Assembly (NCBI GenBank): GCA_944388045.1
Contig: CALXHG010000003.1
Location: 8,912-72,911, forward strand
From: an uncultured Clostridia bacterium
GTDB taxonomy: Bacteria > Bacillota > Clostridia > TANB77 > CAG-508
Direction: 5' to 3'
Length of the DNA: 64,000 bases
Shown here: piece by piece, positions 22,857 through 34,400 of the stretch
Layout of the letters: each line of letters starts with the position of its first letter
Position numbering within the stretch: position 1 is the first letter of the stretch
Notes under the pieces: generated by a model
Databases searched by the model: none
Seen by the model: only the letters and a program-made list of their open reading frames with translations
What the model was told of the DNA's origin: nothing
Made by a program: the position numbers and the translations under genes

Positions 22857-24063
22857 TCCAGAACAACTTATACCAATTTTAGTTGGAATTGCTGTTGTTT
22901 TAGTAATTGTTATTTTTATATTATTAGGGGTATGGATTTTTGTAGTTTCTAAAGAAAAGAGAAAATCCAAAGAAAATAAAGAAAATGAGAATGTAGATAC
23001 TAATGGAATATATAATATAAATTCTATAATGAATTTCATGGAATTTGAAAAAGTTGAAGATAATATGATAATACAAAAAAATGGTAAATATTTGATGGTA
23101 ATTGAGTGTCAAGGAATAAATTTCGATTTAATGTCTGAAATGGAAATGACTTCTGTTGAACAAGGATTTATAGAATTTTTAAATACTTTAAAATATGAAA
23201 TACAAATTTATGTTCAAACAAGAACAGTTAATCTAGAACAAAGCTTGCAAGAATACAAACTAAAATTTAGAGATATTGAAGATAAATATAATGTATTGCA
23301 AAACAAATATTTACAAATGAAAGAAGCAGAACCAGGAATTTATTCTGAAAAAGACATATATAAAGCATATACAGAGTTTGTAAGACAAAGAAACAAATAT
23401 GAGTATACAAAAGACATTATAGCAGATACAGAAAAAAATAGTTTAAATAGTAATGTATTACATAAAAAATATTATATAATTATTGCTTATTATGAAGATG
23501 AAGTAAATACTCAGAATTATTCAAAAGATGAAATTCAAAATATGATATTTAATGAATTATATACAAGAGCAAGATCAATAATGAGAACATTAACAAGATG
23601 TGAAGTTAATACTAAAATATTAGATTCTAGAGCATTAGTTGAATTATTATATAATGCATATAATAGAGAAGATGCTGACGTGTTTAGTGCAAAAATGGCT
23701 ATGAATGCTGGATTTGACGCATTATATTCTACAGCACCAGATGTACTAGACAAGAGAATGAAATTAATAAATAAACAAATAGAAGATGAAGGATTAAAAG
23801 TAGCAAATGAAGCGATTAATGAAGCAAGAAGTGATAAAGAAATGATGATAAGGATTAGAGAAGAAAATGCTAAAAACTTAATATTTGATTTTGCTGAACA
23901 ATTAATTTCTGAAAATGAAGAATTTTTAGGAAAAGATATAGCAGAAGATGCAAAAGTAAAAGTTAGAAGAAAACATAAAGCTACGGAAGAAGGAGGTAAT
24001 GAGGATGAAGCAGAAGAAAAGAAAACAACAAGAAGAAAAAGAACAACTACAACAACAAAATAA
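22843..24063 (+). CDS. membrane-anchored protein with a region resembling the non-ATPase N-terminal domain of VirB4-family proteins, plus a coiled-coil, K/E-rich C-terminus
   Basis: N-terminal TM PILVGIAVVLVIVIFILLGVWIFVV. KYLMVIECQGINFDLMSEMEMTSVEQGFIEFLNTLKYEIQIYVQTRTV matches the pattern of VirB4 N-terminal regions as I recall it. No Walker A. Confidence 0.3.
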   Translation: MIMSNPEQLIPILVGIAVVLVIVIFILLGVWIFVVSKEKRKSKENKENENVDTNGIYNINSIMNFMEFEKVEDNMIIQKNGKYLMVIECQGINFDLMSEMEMTSVEQGFIEFLNTLKYEIQIYVQTRTVNLEQSLQEYKLKFRDIEDKYNVLQNKYLQMKEAEPGIYSEKDIYKAYTEFVRQRNKYEYTKDIIADTEKNSLNSNVLHKKYYIIIAYYEDEVNTQNYSKDEIQNMIFNELYTRARSIMRTLTRCEVNTKILDSRALVELLYNAYNREDADVFSAKMAMNAGFDALYSTAPDVLDKRMKLINKQIEDEGLKVANEAINEARSDKEMMIRIREENAKNLIFDFAEQLISENEEFLGKDIAEDAKVKVRRKHKATEEGGNEDEAEEKKTTRRKRTTTTTK

Positions 24064-25975
24064 TAGAGAACCTGTTTTTTTAAGGAAAAAAAGTATAAAA
24101 GAACTTATTGCTCCTTCTGGAATTGATGCTTCAAATATTGACCATTTAGAAATTATTTCTAATGTTAAAAGATATGCAAGAAGTTTTTATGTTGCAACAT
24201 TACCTAGAACATGTATATTTCCAGAATTATTCAGGTCTCTTTACATGTTTGGAGATATAAATACTTCAATATATATAAAACCTATACAAGAATCTAACTC
24301 ACAAAATGAATTAAATAAAATTATTACAGAACTTGAAACAGAAAGAATTGTTGCTAATGATAGGGGGAATATAAATAGAGAAAGTTTATTGACTCAAAAA
24401 AGATTTGAAACAGAACAATTAAGAGATGAGATTGCTGCAGGGTTTAATAAATTATATGAAGCATCAATTGTTTCAACATTATTTGCTTATAGTAAAGAAG
24501 ATTTAGATAGATTATCAAAGATGTTGACATCTGAAATGGCAAAATCATTAGTTGGAATAAGAAGTGCTTGGGCAATTCAAGAAGATGGATTTAAATCAGC
24601 ATTACCTTTAATGGACGATAAAATAAAAAAAATACATACATTTGATAGACCTTCAATGGGAACAATATTCCCTTTTACTACATCAAATATAGGGCATGAT
24701 ACAGGAGTTCCTATAGGAATTAATAAACAAACAGGAGTACCAATTTTGTTTGATAATTTCCATTCATCCTTAACAAATTATAATATGGTTATATTTGCTA
24801 AATCTGGTGCTGGTAAATCAGTAACAATGAAAACATTAATTTCTAGGTCATCTGTTTTAATGGGAATTGAAAGTTTAACACTTGATGCAGAAGGTGAATA
24901 TTCTGTTGTTGCAGAAGCTTTAGGAGGAATTAATGTTGTTATAAGTCCAAATTCAAAGACAATTATTAATTTATTTGATATTGAAGTTGAAAGGACAAAA
25001 GATGAAATAACTGGAAGAGAAAGAGATACTTTAAATGTAGAAAGTAAAGTTGAAGATGTTACACAGGCATTAATGACAATGGCAAAAGGAAGTACTAGAA
25101 CTAAAGAAGTAAATGAATTAACAAAACAAATTATAGCAGAAGCTGTTTCTCAAGAATATGCATCAAGAGGAATAACATCAAATCCGCAAAGTTTATATGA
25201 AAGTACAAATTCAGGAAATGTATTTGAAAGAAGAAAAAAAGAAATGCCAACAATAGGCTCTTGGTACAAACGTATTCGACAAATAGCACAAAGTAATGAA
25301 AATAAAGACTATGAGTTCCATTACAGTTATTTATTAAAAGTAATGAAACAATATATAAGAGAATATAATGGACAAATGGCATATTTTGATGGGCAATCAA
25401 CATTTGATTTAATGGAAGGAGCACCTCTTATTAATATTGATATTTCACAATTGGAGGAAAGATTTGCGAGACCTCTTGCACAACAAATCTTAATGTCATG
25501 GATTTGGGAAAAATTTGTTAAGAAAAACAGTGAAGATAGAAAAAAAGCAAGACAAAAAAGAGTTATTGTTGATGAGGCATGGATGTTACTTCCATTCCCA
25601 GAAGCCGTAGACTTTTTAAACAAAATGGCAAGACGTGCTAGAAAAAGAAATGTTTCTCTTGCAATTATTTCTCAAAGATTCCAAGACTTTTATGAGAAAC
25701 CAGAAGCACAAGCTGTTTTGACATCATCTGATACAAAGTTATTTTTAGCACAAGATAAATCAGAAATACAACAATTAAAAGAAGTATTTAAACTAAGTGA
25801 AGGTGAAGCATCATTTCTTGTTACATGTACAAAAGGTGAAGGATTATTAAAAGTAGGACAAGATACAACAATTATTCAAATTACACCAACTAGAAAAGAA
25901 TTTGAATTTGTTGAAACTAATATGAATAAATTGATGGCAAAAAGCCAGAAAGAAGAACAAGAAAATAAGAGATAA
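23999..25975 (+). CDS. VirB4-family T4SS ATPase (TraE/PrgJ/TcpF-like)
   Basis: 658 aa. N-terminal LIAPSGIDASNIDHLEI...YVATLPRTCIFPELF. Walker A FAKSGAGKSV. Walker B RVIVDEAWMLL (the DEAW hallmark of VirB4/TraC). Confidence 0.8.
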   Translation: MRMKQKKRKQQEEKEQLQQQNNREPVFLRKKSIKELIAPSGIDASNIDHLEIISNVKRYARSFYVATLPRTCIFPELFRSLYMFGDINTSIYIKPIQESNSQNELNKIITELETERIVANDRGNINRESLLTQKRFETEQLRDEIAAGFNKLYEASIVSTLFAYSKEDLDRLSKMLTSEMAKSLVGIRSAWAIQEDGFKSALPLMDDKIKKIHTFDRPSMGTIFPFTTSNIGHDTGVPIGINKQTGVPILFDNFHSSLTNYNMVIFAKSGAGKSVTMKTLISRSSVLMGIESLTLDAEGEYSVVAEALGGINVVISPNSKTIINLFDIEVERTKDEITGRERDTLNVESKVEDVTQALMTMAKGSTRTKEVNELTKQIIAEAVSQEYASRGITSNPQSLYESTNSGNVFERRKKEMPTIGSWYKRIRQIAQSNENKDYEFHYSYLLKVMKQYIREYNGQMAYFDGQSTFDLMEGAPLINIDISQLEERFARPLAQQILMSWIWEKFVKKNSEDRKKARQKRVIVDEAWMLLPFPEAVDFLNKMARRARKRNVSLAIISQRFQDFYEKPEAQAVLTSSDTKLFLAQDKSEIQQLKEVFKLSEGEASFLVTCTKGEGLLKVGQDTTIIQITPTRKEFEFVETNMNKLMAKSQKEEQENKR

Positions 25976-26121
25976 TAAATATAATATTTAATTTTAGTAG
26001 GAAGGAGGGGAATGAATGAAGAAAATTTTAAAAAAAGAAATACTTAAAAAAATTATAATTACATTTATAATTGCAATTGTAATTTCTAATTTAATAATGC
26101 CAAATTTAGCACTAGCAAAAT

Positions 26122-28488
26122 TTGTTTGGTTTGAAATTACAGAAAATGGTCGGAATTATTATTCTTTCAGATGTAGCTGAAGGGGATGAGGATATTTATG
26201 ATGGAGGAATAGATGCTTATAGTGATGCTGAAGGTGGAATACTTTTAAATGCAGTTTTTGAATTGGCTTTACTAATAGGTGATGCTGTTAATGCTATTTT
26301 TCAGAAGGTTATGCTTGCAGATGAGAGCAATAATAATTTTATAGTTAATATAGTATCTACGGTAATAGATTCTTTTACTATTATGTCTGATGAAAGTGAA
26401 GATGCTGAATTTGATAATGGTAATATTAATAATACAGCATTAAAAGTTAGAATATTACAAAAATTTAAAGAACTTGAATTTCCACATATTCACTATAGCT
26501 GTGAAGAAATTTTTTCTGGGAAAATTGGAATATTGAATATAAATTTTATTTCTGGTGAGGGACAATCAGAAGGATTGGCAAGTGTACGTACCGTTATATC
26601 ATCATGGTATAGAACATTAAGATTGATGGCTATAGTTGGATTTTTATCTATTTTAATTTATACTGGAATTAGAATTATGATTAGTTCAACAGCAGAGGAT
26701 AAAGCAAAATATAAAGAATGGATTATTAATTGGTTGATTGGTATAGCAATATTATTTTTTATGCATTATATTATGAGTTTTATTATAACTATAGTTGAAC
26801 AGTTTAATAAATTCTTGTCACAATCTATGCAATACATACATATTTCTTCTTACTATGCAGAAAAGAGTTTTGCAATAAATGATAAATCGGGTGCATTTAA
26901 TACCAATTTAATAGGTTTAGTAAGATTTTGCGCACAATCATCAGTACCCCAATTTAAAGTAGGATATTTAATTTTATATATTATGCTTACGACATATACT
27001 GCAAAGTTTACATTTATATATTTAAAAAGGGTTATTAATATGGCGTTTTTAACTATGATTGCACCAATTGTTGCTTTTACATATCCATTAGATAAACTAT
27101 CTGATGGAAAGGCAGAAGGTTTTAATATGTGGTTAAAAGAATATGTGTTTAATGCTTTATTACAACCAATGCACTTTTTACTATATTATATTTTAGTAGG
27201 TTCATCAGTTATAATAGCAGCAGAAAATCCTATATACGCAATTGCTGTATTAGCTTTTATGTCTGAAGGAGAAAGATTGTTAAGAAAAATATTTGGATTT
27301 GATAAAGCATCAGGTGGTACTGTTAAAGGAATGCAGGATGCATTTGCTGCAGCCACAATTGCAACAAGTCTTAGAGGACTTATGTCTAAAGGTGGGCAAA
27401 AGAATTCAACACAAAGAAAAATGACTGCACCAGGAGGTTTTAAGGATGATTTAAAAAATGGTATTGCTATGAATAATCCTAATATAAATTCTGCGGCTCA
27501 ACTAACAAGTGGAACAGAAGAAAAGCCAACATCTGATTCTGGAGGAAATCAAAGAAATTCTGACTCAGATTCTAGTGGTAATGGAGCAGAAAGTGTTGAT
27601 AATAATAACACAAGAACACTTAATCCAAATGAAAATAATTCAAGAGATTCTAGCTCACAAACTAATGGACAAACAGAAGATAATCAAAAAACACAAACAG
27701 TAAATTCAAATGCAAACAAAGAAGGACAAAAACCATTATCTATTAGACAAAAAGCATTAAGAACAGCAAAGAATGTTGGTAAAAAAGCTGTAAGACCTAT
27801 ATGGGATTTTGATAGAACTGGAAAATATAATGGCAAGAGGTTAATTAGGAATGTTGCTAAAGGTGTGGTTGGAACAGGATTAGGAATTACGGCAGCAGCT
27901 GTACAGGCTGGTATAAGTTTAGCTGATGGAAAATATCATCCAGGAGAAGGATTAGCTTCATTTGCTGCAGGATTTGGAGTAGGTGGCAGAGGTTTTGACG
28001 GAGTAGCAAATACTTTTTCAGAGGGATATCAAGAAGGACTTACTGAAGAAGAAAAAATGCAAGCATATCAAGAAGATTTTAGAAATAGAGAAGATGTTAT
28101 CGAATTTTGTAAGCAAACTTATGGAGATGATTGGAAACAATACCGTGATAGAATGACAGATAATTATGTTTATAGAGGTTTTACAGATTTAGGTGAAATG
28201 AAAGAAATGATTAAATATTCTAATGCAATTACAGGTGATGTAAGTGGATTAACAGACAAACAAAGAAAAGAAAAAATTTTGCAGAGTGATATTGCTGCAA
28301 TGTCTATAAAAAATGTTCAAAGAAGAAAAATAAATGAAGGATCAATGTCAACAGTATATAATAGAGATAAAGAAGATGAATATATTAAAGCTAGAACACA
28401 AGATTCTTCTAATCCAACAGAATTAGCAAATAGAATTAGAACTGAAAATGCAGCAATTAGATACTATAACAGTATTGTTAAAGACTAA
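26122..28488 (+). CDS. VirB6/ConG-like polytopic membrane protein, paralog 1, with conserved C-terminal extension; N-terminal signal segment lies in another frame
   Basis: 788 aa from a TTG start. Conserved blocks shared with the next two ORFs: PHIHYS.EEIFSG, ISGEGQ, SSWYRTLRL, AEDKAKYKEWIINWLIGIA, NLIGLVRFC, FTFIYLKRVINMAFLT, IAPIVAFTYPLDKLSDGKAEGFNMWLKEY, NALLQPMH, RPIWDFDRTGKYN, AAVQAGISLADGKY, EEKMQAYQEDFRNREDVIEFCK. A separate-frame ORF at 26006-26170 encodes a signal peptide MKKILKKEILKKIIITFIIAIVISNLIMPNLALA. Confidence 0.5.
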   Translation: MFGLKLQKMVGIIILSDVAEGDEDIYDGGIDAYSDAEGGILLNAVFELALLIGDAVNAIFQKVMLADESNNNFIVNIVSTVIDSFTIMSDESEDAEFDNGNINNTALKVRILQKFKELEFPHIHYSCEEIFSGKIGILNINFISGEGQSEGLASVRTVISSWYRTLRLMAIVGFLSILIYTGIRIMISSTAEDKAKYKEWIINWLIGIAILFFMHYIMSFIITIVEQFNKFLSQSMQYIHISSYYAEKSFAINDKSGAFNTNLIGLVRFCAQSSVPQFKVGYLILYIMLTTYTAKFTFIYLKRVINMAFLTMIAPIVAFTYPLDKLSDGKAEGFNMWLKEYVFNALLQPMHFLLYYILVGSSVIIAAENPIYAIAVLAFMSEGERLLRKIFGFDKASGGTVKGMQDAFAAATIATSLRGLMSKGGQKNSTQRKMTAPGGFKDDLKNGIAMNNPNINSAAQLTSGTEEKPTSDSGGNQRNSDSDSSGNGAESVDNNNTRTLNPNENNSRDSSSQTNGQTEDNQKTQTVNSNANKEGQKPLSIRQKALRTAKNVGKKAVRPIWDFDRTGKYNGKRLIRNVAKGVVGTGLGITAAAVQAGISLADGKYHPGEGLASFAAGFGVGGRGFDGVANTFSEGYQEGLTEEEKMQAYQEDFRNREDVIEFCKQTYGDDWKQYRDRMTDNYVYRGFTDLGEMKEMIKYSNAITGDVSGLTDKQRKEKILQSDIAAMSIKNVQRRKINEGSMSTVYNRDKEDEYIKARTQDSSNPTELANRIRTENAAIRYYNSIVKD

Positions 28489-28566
28489 AAAGTGATTTTT
28501 AGGAATTACACTCTTTATAAAAAAGAGTGTAATTAAAAAAGTTACTTTGTAAAAAGAGGTGATGTA

Positions 28567-31458
28567 ATGAAAAAAACTATTTTTAATAAAATTTTAATAA
28601 TTAATCTTATTTTAATCATTTTACTTAATTGGTGTTTTAATTATATTGTATTTGCAGATAGTACAGAAGAAACATTAGAAAATATTGAAATTCAGGAAAA
28701 CAACGTTGGACAACCTATATATATAAAATTAAAAAAAGAAGCAGTTGAACAACTTAGATTACAATTAGAGGAAAAATATAATTATCAAGGTAGTGTTGAA
28801 GAATTAGCCGAGATTTGTGAAATAGATTTAACAGATGGAACCGCGGGAACAGAACTAAGTTCTGAAGGAAAACAAATTAAAATTGATGATGATACTACAA
28901 TTATATTGGGTTTTAATATAAACATAAAAACAGGAACAGATTCTTCTCTTGCTTCATCAATATCAAATCCAGAAGGAGCATATACAAAAATTGTTATAGG
29001 TGATATTAATGTTATAAAAAATACAGGAGAAGACAATAATGATGAAAAAAATGAAGAAGATTCAAATTCAAATTCTGTAAATTTTAGTAATGAACTTGTT
29101 ATTAATGGAATGATTGTAAAGGGAGAGACAAATTGGGATATAGGTGGAGTTATATTAAAACCGATTTTCTTTTTAGTAAATTGTGTATTTGATACTATAT
29201 TAGCTAGAGTTCAACAAGTAATGTATTCTGATGTATCAGATTTAAATTTATTGTCAGCATATGTAAAAGAAAATTATATTGATAAACTTAGGGTTGTAGA
29301 TAGTAGGAATATAGATCCAATGTTCCAATTATCACAAAATCAAATAAATTATGTGTTGTTTACAGATCAAAAAATAGGAAGTAGTGAATACCCACATATT
29401 CATTATAGTCCAGAAGAAATTTTTTCTGGACAAATTAGTTTATTAAATATAGATTTTATATCAGGAGAAGGACAAGCAGAAGGTTTAGGAGTTATAAGAA
29501 AAACTATCGCAACATGGTATAATGTATTAAGATTAATAGCAACTGTAGGTTTTCTATTAGTATTAATATATATAGGAATTAAAATTATAATTACATCTAG
29601 TTCAAGTGACAAAGCAAAATATAAAGAATGGTTAATAGATTGGTTAATTGGAATTGCTATGTTATATTCAATGCATTTTATAATGGCATTTATTATTTCA
29701 GCAATAAATCAATTAAATAATCATTTAATAACAGTTATGCCGATTATAAGAGTTGCTGCTGGAAATGGTTTTGAATCATTTAGTACAAATCTTATTGGTT
29801 TAGTAAGATTTTGCACACAATATGATACTATTATGTTAAAAATAGGTTTTGAGATTATGTATATTATGCTTGTTGTTTATACATTAAAATTTACTTTTGT
29901 ATATATTAGAAGGGTAATATATATGGCATTTTTAACAATAATTGCACCAATTGTAGCATTTACTTATCCTATAGATAAATTTCTTGATGGAAAAGCAGAA
30001 GGTTTTTCTATGTGGTTAAAAGAATTCTTTTTTAATGCTTTATTACAACCAATGCATTATTTATTATATTATGTAATGGTAAGTTCATCAATAGAAATTG
30101 CTATAAAAAATCCATTGTATGCAGTTGCTGTATTGGCATTTATGACGGAAGCAGAAAGATTAATAAGAAAAATATTTGGTTTTGAAAAAGCTCGAGAAGG
30201 AACAGTTGGCGGATTAGGAACAGCTTTATCTGGACTTGCACTTGTGCAAGGAGCTAAAAAATTATCTGGAATGAGAAAAAACAATCAACAATCACCTACA
30301 AGAAACTATCCAGGAGCTGTAAATCAGGATTATAAAAACAAAGATTATCTTCCTCAAGGAGGAGAAACTGATTTTAATAATGATGATGATTCAAGTAATA
30401 ATAGCTTGGGAGCAATAGATGCGGAAAAAGATAAAAACATATCTACAAATCAACAAAATTCTTCTACTAATCAAAATAATACTAATACTTCAAATAATCA
30501 AGAAAATTCAAATAATGATTTTGTACCAATTGGAAGACCTAGATTGCTAGGAAAAATTATCCCAAATAAAAAAGAAGAAACAATGTTAGATAAAATTCAA
30601 TCAAAACTAGAACCAATACATAAATTAGCAGAAAAAGCAAAAAATACTCAATTGGGACAAAATGCAACAGCACTTGCAAATTCTAAAATTGGAAGGGGAA
30701 CTAGAGCAATTGGTAAAAGGGCATTAAGACCAATTTGGGATGTTGATAGAAGTGGAAAGTATAATTTTAAAAGATTAGTTAGAAAGGTAGCAGTTGGATC
30801 AATTGGAGTAGGTTTTGGACTTACTGCTGCAGCTGTGCAAGCTGGAATTAGTTTAGCTGATGGGAAATATAATCCAAGGGAAGCTATAGGTTCATTTGCA
30901 GCGGGATATGCATTGGCAGGAAGGCAAGTTGGAAATATTGTAGATACTTTTCAAGAAGGGTATCAAGAAGTACTTATAAAAGAAGAAAAAATGAAAAGTT
31001 ATCAAGAAGAATTTAAAAATAGGGAAGATGTTATCCAATTTTGTAAAGAAAATTATGGTGATAAATGGAAAGAATATAGAGAAAGAATTATTGATAATTA
31101 TGTAACAAGAGGCTTTATAGATTTAAATGAAATAAAGCAAGGAATTAAGTATTCAGATAAAATTTCTAAAGAAGTAAATAATAGTAGAACATATTTAAAT
31201 GAAAATCAGAAAAATAAGACTTTAAAAGTTGAAAAAGACAAACAAGATGTTATAGCAATGTATATTATGTCTCAAAAGAAGAAAAGGCAAAAAATTCATG
31301 CATCTTCTATCACATATAATAAGGAAAAAGAAGAAAGATATTTAAAATCTGTTACTCAAGGAATGAAACCAGAAGATGCAAAAAAAACAATAAAACAAGA
31401 AAGAACAATAAGTGCTTCAATTAGATTTTTTGACCAAAAAATTTCAGAAATAGAATAG
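28567..31458 (+). CDS. VirB6/ConG-like polytopic membrane protein, paralog 2
   Basis: 963 aa with RBS AAGAGGTGATGTA. Signal peptide, roughly 280-aa extracellular N-domain, then the same conserved TM core and C-terminal domain as paralog 1, plus a disordered N/S/Q-rich linker. Confidence 0.5.
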   Translation: MKKTIFNKILIINLILIILLNWCFNYIVFADSTEETLENIEIQENNVGQPIYIKLKKEAVEQLRLQLEEKYNYQGSVEELAEICEIDLTDGTAGTELSSEGKQIKIDDDTTIILGFNINIKTGTDSSLASSISNPEGAYTKIVIGDINVIKNTGEDNNDEKNEEDSNSNSVNFSNELVINGMIVKGETNWDIGGVILKPIFFLVNCVFDTILARVQQVMYSDVSDLNLLSAYVKENYIDKLRVVDSRNIDPMFQLSQNQINYVLFTDQKIGSSEYPHIHYSPEEIFSGQISLLNIDFISGEGQAEGLGVIRKTIATWYNVLRLIATVGFLLVLIYIGIKIIITSSSSDKAKYKEWLIDWLIGIAMLYSMHFIMAFIISAINQLNNHLITVMPIIRVAAGNGFESFSTNLIGLVRFCTQYDTIMLKIGFEIMYIMLVVYTLKFTFVYIRRVIYMAFLTIIAPIVAFTYPIDKFLDGKAEGFSMWLKEFFFNALLQPMHYLLYYVMVSSSIEIAIKNPLYAVAVLAFMTEAERLIRKIFGFEKAREGTVGGLGTALSGLALVQGAKKLSGMRKNNQQSPTRNYPGAVNQDYKNKDYLPQGGETDFNNDDDSSNNSLGAIDAEKDKNISTNQQNSSTNQNNTNTSNNQENSNNDFVPIGRPRLLGKIIPNKKEETMLDKIQSKLEPIHKLAEKAKNTQLGQNATALANSKIGRGTRAIGKRALRPIWDVDRSGKYNFKRLVRKVAVGSIGVGFGLTAAAVQAGISLADGKYNPREAIGSFAAGYALAGRQVGNIVDTFQEGYQEVLIKEEKMKSYQEEFKNREDVIQFCKENYGDKWKEYRERIIDNYVTRGFIDLNEIKQGIKYSDKISKEVNNSRTYLNENQKNKTLKVEKDKQDVIAMYIMSQKKKRQKIHASSITYNKEKEERYLKSVTQGMKPEDAKKTIKQERTISASIRFFDQKISEIE

Positions 31459-31473
31459 GAAAGAGGTGAAAAA

Positions 31474-34400
31474 GTGTTTAAAAATGTATTTATTAAAATT
31501 TTAGTTTGTGTTCTTATAACTTGTATTATATTTCCATATTTTTATGTTAATATAATATATGCAGTTCCAGTAGATGAATTTGGAAATCAGATTAATACTG
31601 AAACAGAACAAAATCCTATGCAAGAGGCAGATGAAAATATAAATCCCAATGATGATTATACTACTACTGATGATGGAAATTTATCTGCTGATGTAGATGA
31701 TGATACAGGCGTAATTTTACAAGTTTTAATTGAAATTTTAATGTCTGTTTGTGATGCATTAATTTCAATATTTTCTAATTGTATGCTAGGAACTACAAAT
31801 GAAAAAGTAATGGTAAAATGGGATAAACTAGATACTTCAAATGTTATAGAAGGAAATACAACTAAAACATTTACTCAAGAAGAAATTGATAAATTTAAAA
31901 ATAATAAAGGAAATGTACCAGAATTAAAATATCCTTCTTTTAAATATACACCAGAAGAAATTTTTAAAGGCGAAATAGATTTATTTGGAATAGATTTTAT
32001 TGGTGGAAACGTAGTAAAAAATGGTGTAGAAGAAAAAAATCAATCAGATGGTTGGAATGCACTAAGGTTAACAATATCATCATGGTATAAAACATTACGA
32101 ATAGTTGCACTTGTTTTACTGTTACCAATATTAATATACATAGGAATTAATATTATTATTAATTCTAGTGCAGGAAAAAAAGCAGAATATAAAAAAAGTT
32201 TAGTAAATTGGTTTATTGCATTATTTTTAATATTTACAATGCACTATATTATGGCTTTTGTTATATCTGTAATTCAAAATGTAACTACATTAATAAGTAA
32301 AAGTATAGGGAATGTAAGAGTTATTTTTGGAGATAAAGTTTTTGTAACAAACTTTATGGGACTTGCAAGATTCCAATCACAACAAAATTCTCTTATTAAT
32401 AAATTAGGTTTTTTAATGATTTATGTTTGCTTTATATCTCTTACCGTTAAATTTACATTTATATATTTCAAAAGAATGATAAATATGGCATTTTTAACAT
32501 TAATCTCACCTTTAGTTGCTATGATGTATCCATTAGACAAACTGGAAGGTGGCAAATCAAAAGCTTTTGGATTATGGCTTAAAGAATATATATATAATGC
32601 ATTATTACAACTTATGCACCTTCTTTTATATAATCTTTTAATAGGTTCTGCTGTACAATTGGCAACAGAAAATCCTGTTTATACTATTGTTGCATTATTC
32701 TTTTTGACTGAGGCAGAAAAATTAATGAAAAAACTTTTTGGATTTGGAAGATCAAGAGGAGGAACAGTAGGGGGATTAGCAGGTACTGTAGGTGCATTAG
32801 CTCTTGGATCAGCTGTCGGAGGTGGAATAAGAGATATAATACATTCATATAGAGGAACAAACTCAAATAATTTTTCAGATTCAAAAAATGATTTAAAGAA
32901 AGATAATAGTAACAACTTTGAAGAAGAAGAAGAAAAAGAAGATGAAAGATTTGAAAAGAAATATGGTCAAAGAGGAATAAAATCAGACACTCTTGATGTT
33001 GATAAGAATATATTTAACACTAGAAATAAGTTAACAGATAAAGACTTACAAAGTGATAAAGACGAAGATAAAGAAGAAAATAAAAAATTTGAAAATGCAT
33101 TTAATTTTTTGAAATATAATGGATTTAAAGGTGGGAAAAATGGTGAAGAAAGTGTTATGGCTAAAAGAAAATTTAAGCAAATGAGATCTATTATTAGGAA
33201 AAGTGAAGAACCATTTGATAAAGCTAATATGGCATTACAATATAATGATCAATATTCAAAATATAGTTCAAACCAGTTACTTGAAAAAATGAAAGAAAGT
33301 ATAAATAATGGCGATTTAGAAGAAGCAAGAAAAACTTATGATGCTTTATATAGAAGATTATTAGAAAACAAATTCTTTATGAAACATAAAGGACCAGAAG
33401 CATTTGCAAGAAGAAAATATTATAATTTATCTGATGATGAATTAAAACAAAGATATGAAGAAGCTAAAGCACAGAATAATCAAGAAGATATGTTAGAGTG
33501 TGAAGCTGAAATGGCATTAAGGAGTAAAGATTATTCATTATATGACAAAAAATTAGATGAAATAGAAAAATATAGATTAACACATTCAAATGAAAGTCAA
33601 CCACATTTAAATGGAACAGCAGGTAGTTCTGCAGAAAATAATGAAGTACAAAAAAATAATCAACAATCTAATAACAATGAATTAACAAATCAAAATATTA
33701 AAGAGACTGAAGCAAATAATTCAGAAAGTCAATCAAAACAAATTGATGATAAAGGATTAAAAGAAAATAGAACAAATGTTGGATATAATAAAGAATCATT
33801 AGGTGATAAACTTGATAGAATGAGAAGAGGAACAATTAGTGGATTAGGTGCTGTTGCAAGTAGTGCTGTACGACCAATATGGGATACAGATAGAAATGCT
33901 GGAGAAAATCTTGGCAGATTAGGCAGAAATTTAGCAAAAGGAACCTTACAAACAATTATTGGAGTTACTACAGTTGCAGTACAAGCTGGAGTTAGTGCTG
34001 CAGATGGAAAATATACATCAAAAGAATTTGGTGCTTCTTTAGCAGGAGGAGTTGCATTAGGAGGAAAACTTTATAATAAAGGTGAAAAAGTTGTTAAAGA
34101 TATGGTTAGAGAAACAAGATATGGAAGAGAAGAAACTAGAAAAATACAAATTGCAAAAGATTGGGCAGAAAGAGATGATGTAAAAAGTGCATATGATGAT
34201 TATTATGGCTCAAAATCAAAAGAAATGCTAAGAAGGGCGAGAGATAGATTTGTACCAAAAGGAATTACAGATATAGATGATCAAAAAAGAATACTTAGAT
34301 ATTCAAATTATTTAAGAAGGCAAAAAGGTCACTTTTCAGAAGAAGAAGCAGATAAACAAGCTGTAGAAGTATTTAAGTTTAAGAGAAAAATGGATAATAC

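Noticed and set aside
22843-25975. 406-aa and 658-aa ORFs considered as a single VirB4 gene split by a frameshift in the A-rich overlap
   Set aside because: The 658-aa ORF already starts with its own VirB4-type N-terminal region (LIAPSGIDASNIDHLEI…) followed by Walker A and DEAW. It is a complete VirB4 on its own, so the upstream ORF is a separate protein.
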